Notes under the pieces: model-generated | Told to the model about the DNA's origin: nothing | Database searches by the model: none | The model's input: the letters and a program-made list of their open reading frames with translations, nothing else | Assembly: GCA_043819135.1 (NCBI GenBank) | Contig: JBDRFG010000029.1 | Span: forward strand, 1 to 33,172 | DNA: 33,172 nt | Origin: Candidatus Eiseniibacteriota bacterium | Lineage (GTDB): Bacteria; Joyebacterota; Joyebacteria; Joyebacterales; Joyebacteraceae | Direction: 5' to 3' | Shown here: one piece after another, positions 9,401 to 17,138 of the stretch | How positions within the stretch are numbered: the first letter of the stretch is position 1 | Layout of the letters: every line of letters begins with the position of its first letter | Made by a program: the position numbers and the translations under genes

Positions 9401-9702
9401 TGGGGGTCGTGCTGGTCGGCGCTGACGGACGGGTCGTCGGCGCGTCGATCACCGCCAGCGACGGGAGCTACTACCTGGGTGAAGTCAGACCGGGCTCGTA
9501 TGTCGTCACCGTCGCGGACGGGGGGCTTCCCGAGGGTCTCGAGCTTGATCAGACAGAGATTCCCATTGATGTCTTTCCGAACGCCGAGTTCTACGAGATC
9601 GAAGACGTGAATCTGACCGGCGTGTACGCGGCTCCGCCTGAGGAAGAAGCCGGGGAGCATCAGGAAGAGGGAGAGGGAGTCGAGTACAGGGTCTTCGACT
9701 AG
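6475..9702 (+). CDS. Large usher-like outer membrane protein with C-terminal SdrD-B/carboxypeptidase-regulatory-like domains
   Basis: Signal core ending AWA-Q, alternating beta-strand barrel segments, plug-like EGYAPLGSEVTLEING, SYGLSSNLTLG, then GRVFVDFNGNG..D.GE and DGSYYLGEVRPGSY. Directly follows the chaperone. Confidence 0.72.
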   Translation: MVTESTGNTSERRRKSRSEARFSQRARHAAFAASSRPGCSRLLVGVLTFAIVLSACTFAWAQNSDVTAQAADSLARQPRLARAAQSVIETTLAGLTLNGRARWERLVLSDLDIVVREDGTRLLPLLRILRALHIDVADSGGSLTFHPEGASKVVLDYESGEVAFGQTSREVTLVVGLSDLTFEPEVYVPDDLVVELLAIDSQWDAQRYEYTLSAERELSVFRERGRTPSLLARSRGPVSIDLPGNLPPAPVDRSLAPRLDFASVRTRSSVITRENDDKLSGAFSPPRLEMWGRVLGGRLSAAVRQNDTWPTEGYSVDRTSWHSCFSNVEVEVGANSLGLSQFAFPSMNLLGARINGSFGGSGDDRGRDLSQMGRRQRYQPTQIVEGYAPLGSEVTLEINGQTVDVQIVEDEDGAPPGEGIYRFDGFNLFTSRLNSVRVIVVAPDGTVDETERQVLGSDQLADEGDMTFMGAVGGRRLPSTDGLSSQGFFAGGRLSYGLSSNLTLGATAAIQDGLYEEDTAIAYVGAESDTLPSKSLHAGSRCVWRPFGPLLVQVEGAGSRVPDTSESDWAGKAGAELHVGGARLYPALFRYGPSFFDGRNAELRDVLGGSASLVWRSVGGNEVAVGACRSRDNLDRHQEETTQLTDFAFNVDARTLIPRSTLSLGTNVLWIGEDSPLRFDVLGLNTGLPSGWSLRSRFVLGDDLRAALRDELPDGSSSRFDRIRRQAAAYDARSALGSSVLGTRVELRRRLSSSWQLALSHRTSPSLTRTSADLTRNRAADGRWQWRLTPGYDWDRQTPYLQNRLEYLVDSGHRNRIVLETQFVENDWFARLSIQMQFDVGFVGNRPVSLGDSYMNPDVGGVKGRVFVDFNGNGLPDDGEPGLEEVDVTSDMGLQVSSKKGGLFVIPNSSHRRGATVGLVPETLPAIYTPTQATQEAILRPGMLTEINLGVGAFGSITGWVRARSDGEEPQGVGGVGVVLVGADGRVVGASITASDGSYYLGEVRPGSYVVTVADGGLPEGLELDQTEIPIDVFPNAEFYEIEDVNLTGVYAAPPEEEAGEHQEEGEGVEYRVFD

Positions 9703-9772
9703 GCCCAGCGGACGTTGTATCCGAGACATTCGAGGCCCAGCCGGACGAGAGGGAATCCGGTGGACGAGGCCC
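9700..9772 (+). repeat. Three AGGCCC repeats about 33 nt apart upstream of pilin 2
   Basis: TAGGCCCAGC-GGACG (9700), GAGGCCCAGCCGGACG (9732), GAGGCCC (9766). Confidence 0.65.
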
Positions 9773-9796
9773 GCGCAATCCTCGAGAGGGGACAAG

Positions 9797-10378
9797 ATGA
9801 TGAGGCAAACGCTCCTCCTGCTGATGCTTGCAGTGTTCGTCACGGGCGTCACAGGGACAACCTTCGCCGAGACGGACGACGATGCGGTCACCGCAGTGTT
9901 CGTCCGCGTTCTCCCAACCATGGTCGTAGAGCCGGGCGCCAGCTTCTTTGACATGGGCAGAGTCGGTGTGGGCGAGATCCGTGGCTACATGCCGTTCGTG
10001 GTCGATTCCAATGTCCAGACAGTGGCGTTCATGGCATCAGCGTCTCTCCTCTTCAAGGGTGCCGATGCGGTCGACCCCGAGGTCCCTCCGATCGACCTCT
10101 TAGCGGACGCGGGTGTCAGCTTCTCCATCGCGGACGGGGGGCCTACCGGAGGCCACGACAACATCGCCGCGTTCACGGACCTGTGCGACGTCAACGGGTT
10201 CCCGGGGCTGGAGACGGAATGGGTCGAGTTCGAGAGCTCGCAAAACAACCGCTTCAGCCAGGGCGTCATCATGGAAGTCACGTGGATCCAGGACGACCCC
10301 GAGAAGCCCAGGGGCGAGTACACCGGGTTTGTCGAGCTCTTCGCGATGGTTACCGAGGAGGGACTCCCCACTCGCTAG
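9797..10378 (+). CDS. Putative pilin subunit 2, paralog of 4661-5212
   Basis: Signal peptide. Shares PEVPPIDLL, PTGG.DN, NGFPG, EFESSQNNRFSQ, EVTW.QD.PEKP.GEY.GFVE.FAM with pilin 1. Confidence 0.75.
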   Translation: MMRQTLLLLMLAVFVTGVTGTTFAETDDDAVTAVFVRVLPTMVVEPGASFFDMGRVGVGEIRGYMPFVVDSNVQTVAFMASASLLFKGADAVDPEVPPIDLLADAGVSFSIADGGPTGGHDNIAAFTDLCDVNGFPGLETEWVEFESSQNNRFSQGVIMEVTWIQDDPEKPRGEYTGFVELFAMVTEEGLPTR

Positions 10379-10558
10379 GGGCACAGCGCGGCCTGCAGGG
10401 AGTGCCGCGCGGACGTGACAGGAACTTGGTGCATCCGGGAGTGCGGGACCACGGTACCTGCGCTGCGGATACGCCGGGATAGGCGGGCGGCCCGGATAGG
10501 TGTCGCCCGTCTCCCGTCGTGTGCCCGGGTGCGCGCATGCGTGATCGTACGGAGCCGG

Positions 10559-10587
10559 TTGACGTCCCGGGCCGCACCCGGTAGGCT
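10559..10587 (+). promoter_or_regulatory. Sigma70 promoter for the hydrolase
   Basis: TTGACG, 17 nt spacer, TAGGCT. Confidence 0.6.
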
Positions 10588-10631
10588 AACGCTTCAACGG
10601 GTGCTGCAGCGTGTCCCCCGGAGGAGGAAGG

Positions 10632-11792
10632 ATGACACGGAAGACGACACGGCTCGTCGTTTGGCTGGCGCTCGCCGCCATCGTGTTGGTCCTGGCTCCG
10701 CGCCTGCGCGTCGCCTACCTTACCACGCTCCTCCTGCTCGAGCTGCCTACACCCGAGGTCGATGGTGTCATCGTCTCGTGTCTGCCCGACCCGCTCGTGG
10801 AGCGCGTGACGTTTGAGGCGGCGGGGAAGGCGATAGTCGCCGACGTCTACCGGCCGCCAGGCGACGGGCCGCATCCCGGCATTGTTCTCAACCACGGCGT
10901 CTCAGCCAGAGGAATGAACGACGTAAGGCTCATCAACTTCGCCGACGCTCTGGCGCGGTGCGGATACGTTGCGCTTGTGCCCGAGTTCGTCAACCTCAAG
11001 GAGTTCCGCGTTCGTCCGACCGATGTTGACGAGATCGTGGGCGCGTATGAGTACCTCGAGCGGCTTCCCGACGTCGACCCGGAGCGGATGGGGTTCTTCG
11101 GATTCAGCTACGCGGGCGGGCTCGCCGCGCTTGCCGCGAACGACCCTGCGATCGCGGAGCGCGTCCGGTTCTGCTTCATGCTCGGCAGCTATTACGACCT
11201 CAGCAGCATCGCCATCTACGCGACGACCGGGTACTATCGCGAGAACGGCGAATGGATCTACATGGAGCCCCGGCATTCGGGCAAGTGGACATTCCTGAAG
11301 AACATGCTCGAGTTTGTAGACGACGAAACGGACCGTGCGCTTCTGTCGCGCGTCGCCGACGCGAAGCTGGCGGGGGAGGCGCGCGACCTTTCGGCGACGG
11401 CCGAGTTGCTCGGTCCGGAGGGCTCGCGCCTCTACGACTTCATGACCAACGACGACCCCGACCGGGCCACCGGTCTCATCGAGAGCCTGAGCCCGCGTAT
11501 CCTCGACTTCTTCGACCTGCTGTCCCTCCGCGGCAACATCGACGACGTGACCGCCCACCTGATCATCGTCCACGGGCGCGACGACAACCTGATGCCCTAC
11601 ACGGAGAGCATTCTGCTGGCCGATAACGCGCCGCCCGGTGCAACGGTGCAGCTGCGGATCCTCGACTCGTTCCAGCACGTGGATCTGAATTTCAGCTGGG
11701 AGGGCGGCCCCGCGGAATGGGCGGCGACGATCGCCGAAGTGGGGAGGGTCTACTCGGTCGCGCACGCGCTGATCGCGCAGGGGAAGCTCTAG
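10632..11792 (+). CDS. Membrane-anchored alpha/beta hydrolase
   Basis: SD GGAGGA, N-terminal hydrophobic segment, nucleophile elbow GFSYAGG, HGRDD (Asp) and FQHVD (His). Confidence 0.85.
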   Translation: MTRKTTRLVVWLALAAIVLVLAPRLRVAYLTTLLLLELPTPEVDGVIVSCLPDPLVERVTFEAAGKAIVADVYRPPGDGPHPGIVLNHGVSARGMNDVRLINFADALARCGYVALVPEFVNLKEFRVRPTDVDEIVGAYEYLERLPDVDPERMGFFGFSYAGGLAALAANDPAIAERVRFCFMLGSYYDLSSIAIYATTGYYRENGEWIYMEPRHSGKWTFLKNMLEFVDDETDRALLSRVADAKLAGEARDLSATAELLGPEGSRLYDFMTNDDPDRATGLIESLSPRILDFFDLLSLRGNIDDVTAHLIIVHGRDDNLMPYTESILLADNAPPGATVQLRILDSFQHVDLNFSWEGGPAEWAATIAEVGRVYSVAHALIAQGKL

Positions 11793-11826
11793 CGGCTCGG
11801 CGGGGGCATGAGGGTCGCCCGAACGA

Positions 11827-11858
11827 AGAGGCGGCCCGTCCACGGACGGGCCGCCTCT
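11827..11858. terminator. Hairpin between convergent genes, probable bidirectional terminator
   Basis: AGAGGCGGCCCGTCC-ac-GGACGGGCCGCCTCT perfect inverted repeat. Confidence 0.75.
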
Positions 11859-11885
11859 CCATGATCTGTCGCCGAACCGCGGGCG

Positions 11886-14372
11886 CTATCTCAGCAGTAC
11901 GACCTTCTTCGAATCGCGCTCGCCTTCCACGTCCATAGTGATGAAGTAGACGCCCGATGCCAGCGCGCTCCCGCCGCCGCCCGTTCCGTGCCACGTGACC
12001 GTGCTCCGGCCGCCTGCGTGAGTCCCGTCGGCGAGCACCGCGACCTCCCGTCCCGCGACGTCGTAGACGGCGAGCCGGACATGCCGCTCTTCCGGCAGCT
12101 CGAATGCGATGGTAGTGCGCGGATTGAAGGGGTTGGGGTACGCCCCGAGCAGGCGCGGCGCCTGCATTTGCTCATCGCCGCCGTCCTCGACCCCGGTGCC
12201 GTCGCCCCACGTCAGGACGATGAGCGCCATGCTCGGGATCGCGACGGCCTTCGACTGAGAAAAGCCGTCCGCGCTGATGGCGTCGGTCGTGATGACGCCC
12301 GGGTTGGTCATGCCGCTGCCCTCGTACTCCGTTGCCTGGCTGTTGATCTCCTCCACCCATTCGCCCGCCTGTGGCATTCCGATGCGGTAGCTCGAGTAGT
12401 CCGTGCTGCCGAAGTTCGCGACTACGACGTGAACGTTCCCCGAAAGGTCGTACCGCTGGAACGCGAGGATGTTGGCGCCCTCGTTCAGGTGGTAGACGTC
12501 GACGCCAGCGTCCGCCCGCAGGGCGGGGGAGACGCGTCTCAGAGTGATGAGGTCGCTGTAGTAGGCGAAGATGCCCGAATACGTCGCTTTTTTCGACCAG
12601 TCTATGCGGTTCCCCGAGTCGGTCCCGAAGTCCGTGTCGTCGAGCCATTCGGTGCCCTGCAGTATGGCCGGGATGCCCGGCGCCGTCAGCACGAGGCCCT
12701 GCGCGAGCTTGGTGCGGCCCTTCGCCCACTGGTCGTCGTGTGGGGCCGTCGTGTCTATCGACCTGACGATGCGCTGGCCTCCGCTCGTCGGCCAGCACTC
12801 ATCGTGAAGCTCCAGGTAGTTGGTGACGTAGCGGCCGTTCAGATAGTCGCCGCCGCCGTTGATGATGTTGCGGATCTTCCACATCTCCGGGTCGCCCGAC
12901 GCCGAGTCGAAGATCTCGTCCCGCAGACGGTCCGTGAACTCGTCGTAGTACTGTGAGTCGAACCCGGCGCCCCCGAGGCTCGTCGGCCGCGTGACCCACG
13001 AATCGTCGGGCAGCTGCTCGGCGATCGCTATCTTGTCGACGAAGCGACCGTCCATCGCGTCGTTCATCTCCTGCATGAGGCTCCAGCCCGCGGCCTCCTG
13101 CGGAGCGATGTTCATGTAGTCGGTCGCGTCCATCCGGAAGCCGTCCATCCGGAACTCGTCCAGCCAGTAGAGCGCGCTGTCCAGGAGGTAGCTCCGCACG
13201 GCGTCGCGGTCAAAGTCGGCCTGACTGCCCCACGGTGTCTGCACGTCGGGGTCGTCGAAGTAGATCTGCGTGCCGTCGTAGTCCCACAGGAAGTTGTCGC
13301 TGTATGAGAAGTGGTTCCAGACGATGTCCAGGAGCACCGCAATGCCGTACGAGTGCAGCGTGTCTATCATGTACTTGAGGTCGTCGGGCGTGCCGTATTT
13401 CCACTCCGGTGACCACGCCGTGACGGGATTGTATCCGGCGGAGTAGTCGCCCGGGAACTCGGTGATCGGGTTGAGCATGACCGCATTGATTCCGAGTTCC
13501 GCGAGGTGCGACGCCCTGTCGGCCACGTCGACGTAGCGTGCGGGGAACGGCGAAGAGCCGTAGGGGTCGTTTCTGCCCGAGAACGTCCCCACGTGCAGCT
13601 GGTAGACGATCATCTGCTCGAAATCGGGCACGTCGAAGTCGTCGATCTGCCAGGAGTAGGTGAACGGGTCGAGCAGATAGGCGTTGTAGTTGTTGCCGGC
13701 GTTGAGGGCTCGCGCCCGCGCGTCTGTGTTCCAGTACGTGTTCTGGAAGAAGTACTTGTACATCTGGCCGACGTTGGCCTCGGGGACGCGCGCGACGAAG
13801 TGCTCGCCGATCTTCGTCATCGGGTCGCCGGTGCCCCACCCGTTGAAGTCGCCTCGGACGTGGGCGACGGTCCTGGTCGGGGACCAGACTCTGAACACTG
13901 CGCCGCCGCCGGGTAGGGGAGTGGCCCCCACCGGAGCGTGCTCGAGCGTAGCGAAGTCCAGGACGAAGCCGCCGTCCGACGGCGTGCTGGCCGACATGCC
14001 CCCGACGCTCAGGAAGTCCGTGTCGGTCCCGTCGGTGAGTTCGATGTAGTAGGAGAGTGTGGATGATCCCGTAGCGGGGATGCTCGCAGACCAGACATCG
14101 TACGGCCCGCGCACAGCAGTCTTCGAGGCAGCCGTCCAGGCGGCGGTGCCATCGTCAACGCGCACGCGGGCCGCGGTGAGGTCGTCCGCGTATGTCTGGA
14201 AACGTACGTCGAACGTCTCACCGTCCACGGGGCAGACAGGGGTCCTGTCCAGCCACGTGACGTGCGAGGCGCCGTCCCATTCGACGGTGTTGTCGTTCGA
14301 AGCGGCCACGACAGGCGCGGCCGCGGTCACGGTGACGAACAGAGCCAACAGCAGAGCGGAGTTCCGGCGCAT
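11886..14372 (-). CDS. Secreted GH13 alpha-glucan enzyme (branching-enzyme/trehalohydrolase-like core, CBM48-like module, C-terminal FlgD-Ig/T9SS-like domain)
   Basis: Start MRRNSALLL with SD GAGGAG and a signal peptide. Motifs FRVWSP, YQLHVGTF, LLDIVWNH, DGFRMDA, IAEQ, ELHDE, and C-terminal YPNPFNPRTTI...SGVYF...KVVLLR. Confidence 0.88.
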   Translation of the reverse strand: MRRNSALLLALFVTVTAAAPVVAASNDNTVEWDGASHVTWLDRTPVCPVDGETFDVRFQTYADDLTAARVRVDDGTAAWTAASKTAVRGPYDVWSASIPATGSSTLSYYIELTDGTDTDFLSVGGMSASTPSDGGFVLDFATLEHAPVGATPLPGGGAVFRVWSPTRTVAHVRGDFNGWGTGDPMTKIGEHFVARVPEANVGQMYKYFFQNTYWNTDARARALNAGNNYNAYLLDPFTYSWQIDDFDVPDFEQMIVYQLHVGTFSGRNDPYGSSPFPARYVDVADRASHLAELGINAVMLNPITEFPGDYSAGYNPVTAWSPEWKYGTPDDLKYMIDTLHSYGIAVLLDIVWNHFSYSDNFLWDYDGTQIYFDDPDVQTPWGSQADFDRDAVRSYLLDSALYWLDEFRMDGFRMDATDYMNIAPQEAAGWSLMQEMNDAMDGRFVDKIAIAEQLPDDSWVTRPTSLGGAGFDSQYYDEFTDRLRDEIFDSASGDPEMWKIRNIINGGGDYLNGRYVTNYLELHDECWPTSGGQRIVRSIDTTAPHDDQWAKGRTKLAQGLVLTAPGIPAILQGTEWLDDTDFGTDSGNRIDWSKKATYSGIFAYYSDLITLRRVSPALRADAGVDVYHLNEGANILAFQRYDLSGNVHVVVANFGSTDYSSYRIGMPQAGEWVEEINSQATEYEGSGMTNPGVITTDAISADGFSQSKAVAIPSMALIVLTWGDGTGVEDGGDEQMQAPRLLGAYPNPFNPRTTIAFELPEERHVRLAVYDVAGREVAVLADGTHAGGRSTVTWHGTGGGGSALASGVYFITMDVEGERDSKKVVLLR

Positions 14373-14448
14373 AGTGTGCTCCTCTTGTTCCCGCGCACGC
14401 CGCGACGCCAGGGGGCGTCGATCCGCCGCGCATTTGGCCTTCTTGACT

Positions 14449-14477
14449 ATTATGGACTTTTCTGAAGCAGAAGACAA
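14449..14477 (-). promoter_or_regulatory. Sigma70 promoter for the GH13 gene
   Basis: Minus strand TTGTCT, 17 nt spacer, CATAAT. Confidence 0.6.
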
Positions 14478-14809
14478 GGAGGGCTGCCTGCCCCGCCCGG
14501 AATGCCCCGCTCCAGGGACGCTCTGCCCGAGCGCGTCCAACCCCGTCAGTGCACGATGAGGCCACCCAGAGCCCCATCTGACGCCTTCAGCCTGTGGAGT
14601 GTGCACCCTTTTGGATGCGGGTTTCCCCTTTACAGGTTCACACGCCGGTGATAGGGTGCGGCTCGGTGGGTCGGGGGGAGCGACACCATCTCTGGCAGTC
14701 GGTATGGTGCGCTGCTTCCGGGCTTGCTGAAGGCCTGGTTCAGCCAAGGAATCTTCGGCCGTCCTACGTAGCGAACGAAGTTGACTTCGTTCGCCGTCCC
14801 CCCTCACCG

Positions 14810-14842
14810 CGGGAGCGTCAGCGGCCGGGCGCTCCCGTATTT
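14810..14842 (+). terminator. Intrinsic terminator-like hairpin
   Basis: CGGGAGCGTC/GGCGCTCCCG 10-bp stem followed by TATTT. Confidence 0.5.
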
Positions 14843-14919
14843 CGTTCGGCCGCCGGCGCGCAGGCCCGGGGCGGATGGAGATCGGGTTCCCGACGCCCTG
14901 GGCGCTGGTCTCCGGCTGC

Positions 14920-14949
14920 TTGACTTCGTCTTTCGAAGCCTGCTAACAT
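14920..14949 (+). promoter_or_regulatory. Sigma70 promoter for the yajC-def-fmt operon
   Basis: TTGACT, 18 nt spacer, extended -10 TGc-TAACAT. Confidence 0.6.
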
Positions 14950-14985
14950 CTTCGGGGCCAAGGTGGTTCCACGAACGGGGGAGAT

Positions 14986-15252
14986 GTGCCTCTCAGGAAG
15001 AAGCGCAAGACGACAGATGAGACTGAGGGCAAACCCAGGTCGGGACTGATTCTGGTGAAGGACGGTGTCCAGAGGGAGGTGTCGTTCGAGGAGTTGGCCC
15101 TCTCGAACACGCTTTCTCTCGAGGCGCTGGTCCGGGTGCTGTCCCGCAACGGGAACGTCGATCCCAACGAACTGATGAGCGAGATGGACAAGGTCAAGGC
15201 GGAGCGATTCCGGGACGGCACGCCGCTCCCGGACGACGACGTCACTCACTAG
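14986..15252 (+). CDS. Small helical hypothetical protein
   Basis: 88 aa, GGGGAG SD, host-like codon usage, 12 nt upstream of yajC. Confidence 0.7.
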   Translation: MPLRKKRKTTDETEGKPRSGLILVKDGVQREVSFEELALSNTLSLEALVRVLSRNGNVDPNELMSEMDKVKAERFRDGTPLPDDDVTH

Positions 15253-15264
15253 GGGGTTCTTCCT

Positions 15265-15597
15265 ATGCTGCTAGTCACACTGCTCGGCCCCGAGACGGCG
15301 CACGCAATGGGCGCGACAGGCGCCCAGGGCGAGGCCGGCGGGGGCGGTACCAGCATGCTCATCATGCTGGTCGCCATATTCGCCATCTTCTATTTCCTGA
15401 TGATCCGACCCGAGTCCAAGCGGCGCAAAGAGCGCCAGTCGATGATCGACTCGCTTGCGAGAGGCGACAAGATAGTGACCATCGGTGGCCTCTACGGCGA
15501 GGTGCAGGATGTTCACGACGACAAGCTCGTCATTCGCATAGCAGAGAACCTCAAGGTCGAGGTTGCGAAGACCGCAGTCAGCAGCAAGAGGAACTAG
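15265..15597 (+). CDS. yajC: Preprotein translocase subunit YajC
   Basis: IFYFLMIRPE, GDKIVTIGGLYG. Confidence 0.96.
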   Translation: MLLVTLLGPETAHAMGATGAQGEAGGGGTSMLIMLVAIFAIFYFLMIRPESKRRKERQSMIDSLARGDKIVTIGGLYGEVQDVHDDKLVIRIAENLKVEVAKTAVSSKRN

Positions 15598-15605
15598 CGC
15601 ACTGA

Positions 15606-16121
15606 ATGGCAATACTCCCGACCATAAAGCACGGCGCCGCGGTTCTCACGGCCCGCATTGAGCCCATCGAAGACGTGACCGACGAGATTCGGACGCTCAT
15701 CGATGACATGATAGACACCATGCGGAAAGGGGAGACGCCGGGGGTTGGACTCGCGGCCCCTCAGATCGGCAGGGCGCTCTGCATCATAGTGGCAGAGCCT
15801 CCCCCCGACTACGAGGGGACTGAGGCCCTCCACGACGGCGCCGTCGTCCTTATGAATCCAGAGATCGTCTACGCCACGGGTCACACGGTCATCGAGGAGG
15901 GCTGCCTCAGCTGTCCGGGCGTGACGTCCGATGTCGCGCGTCCCAGTCACATCGTGATCAAGGGGCTCGACCGAAGCGGCAATGCGGTCAAGCTGGAGGT
16001 CGAGGGCGCGCTGGCGAGGATCTTCCAGCACGAAGTCGACCACCTGCACGGCAAGTTCTTCTTCGATCACCTCAATCCGATCAAACGGCAGCTCGTCAAG
16101 GCGCGGATCCGAAGAACATAG
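15606..16121 (+). CDS. def: Peptide deformylase
   Basis: GVGLAAPQIG, EGCLS, QHEVDHLHG. Confidence 0.98.
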   Translation: MAILPTIKHGAAVLTARIEPIEDVTDEIRTLIDDMIDTMRKGETPGVGLAAPQIGRALCIIVAEPPPDYEGTEALHDGAVVLMNPEIVYATGHTVIEEGCLSCPGVTSDVARPSHIVIKGLDRSGNAVKLEVEGALARIFQHEVDHLHGKFFFDHLNPIKRQLVKARIRRT

Positions 16122-16178
16122 ACCGGTGCGCTGACGCCCCGCGTCTGGCGCCGCCGCCGGTCCCAGTGAGTTGCCCAA

Positions 16179-17138
16179 ATGCGCATAGTTTTCATGGGGA
16201 CCCCCGACTTCGCGGTCCCGTCCCTCAGAAAGCTGCACGAGACCGGCCACGAGGTAGTGCTCGTGGTCACCCAACCCGACCGCCCCGCCGGCAGGGGGCG
16301 TGCTCTGCGCAGCCCGCCCGTCAAGGACGCGGCGACAACGCTCGGACTTTCCCTCGAACAACATGAGACGGTCAACACCGACGAGTTCGCGGAGCATCTC
16401 CGGACGCTGGCGCCAGACGTTCTGGTGGTCGCGGCGTTCGGCCAGATACTCCGCGAGGACATCCTCGAATGCCCGCCCAAGGGGGCCATTAACATTCACG
16501 CGTCGATTCTCCCCCGCTTCCGCGGCGTTGCGCCGATCAACTGGGTCATCATGACCGGCGAGACGGAGACCGGCGTCACGACCATGTTCATGGCGAAGAA
16601 GGTCGACGCGGGCGAGATCATCCTTACAAGGAAGACGCCCATCGGTGACATGGAGACGGCCGGCGAACTCTACGACAGGCTGGCCGTACTGGGGGCGGAC
16701 CTGCTCATCGAGACGCTGGAACTCGTCGAGAAGGGTGCGGCGCCCAGGATAGCTCAGGATCCGGCCGGCGTGACCTACGCGCGGAAGCTCAGGAAGTCCG
16801 ATGGAGAGATGGACTGGTCGGGGGACGCCGGCCGCGTGTACGACCACGTCCGCGGAACGACCCCGTGGCCCGGAGCGTTCACGTGGTATCGAGGGAAGGT
16901 GCTCCGTGTTCTTACGGCGGCGCGCGGGGAGAGCTCCGGAACCAGAGGAGAGCCGGGTGAGATCCTCACGCTGGACGACGAGCGGGGTATCGAGGTCGCG
17001 GTCGGCGACGGCAGTGTATGGTTGACTCGTCTTAGACCCTCGGGAAAGGGCGCCATGGACGCCGCCTCGTTCGTGCGGGGCTACAGGCCCGAGGTGGGAA
17101 CGCGGCCGTTCGTGCGTCCAGGTGAGGAGGCGGCGTGA
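16179..17138 (+). CDS. fmt: Methionyl-tRNA formyltransferase
   Basis: MRIVFMGTPDFA, VVTQPDRPAGRG, INIHASILPRFRG.AP. Confidence 0.98.
   Translation: MRIVFMGTPDFAVPSLRKLHETGHEVVLVVTQPDRPAGRGRALRSPPVKDAATTLGLSLEQHETVNTDEFAEHLRTLAPDVLVVAAFGQILREDILECPPKGAINIHASILPRFRGVAPINWVIMTGETETGVTTMFMAKKVDAGEIILTRKTPIGDMETAGELYDRLAVLGADLLIETLELVEKGAAPRIAQDPAGVTYARKLRKSDGEMDWSGDAGRVYDHVRGTTPWPGAFTWYRGKVLRVLTAARGESSGTRGEPGEILTLDDERGIEVAVGDGSVWLTRLRPSGKGAMDAASFVRGYRPEVGTRPFVRPGEEAA

Noticed and set aside
10476..10500. Two GGATAGG 7-mers also found in the duplicated element, as island boundary marks
   Set aside because: Too short, with no wider similarity and no integrase.
14558..14575. GAGGCCA-CCCA-GAGCCCC, similar to the Com-type motif
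   Set aside because: It is not near a credible start codon. It shows the motif can occur outside the pilus operon, which weakens that finding somewhat.
14705..14735. SRP RNA from minus-strand GGAAGCAGC
   Set aside because: Lacks the CAGG and GNRA-capped helix of domain IV.
14373..14807. 145-codon N-terminal extension of the GH13 ORF
   Set aside because: The signal peptide, SD and promoter all point to ATG 14372.
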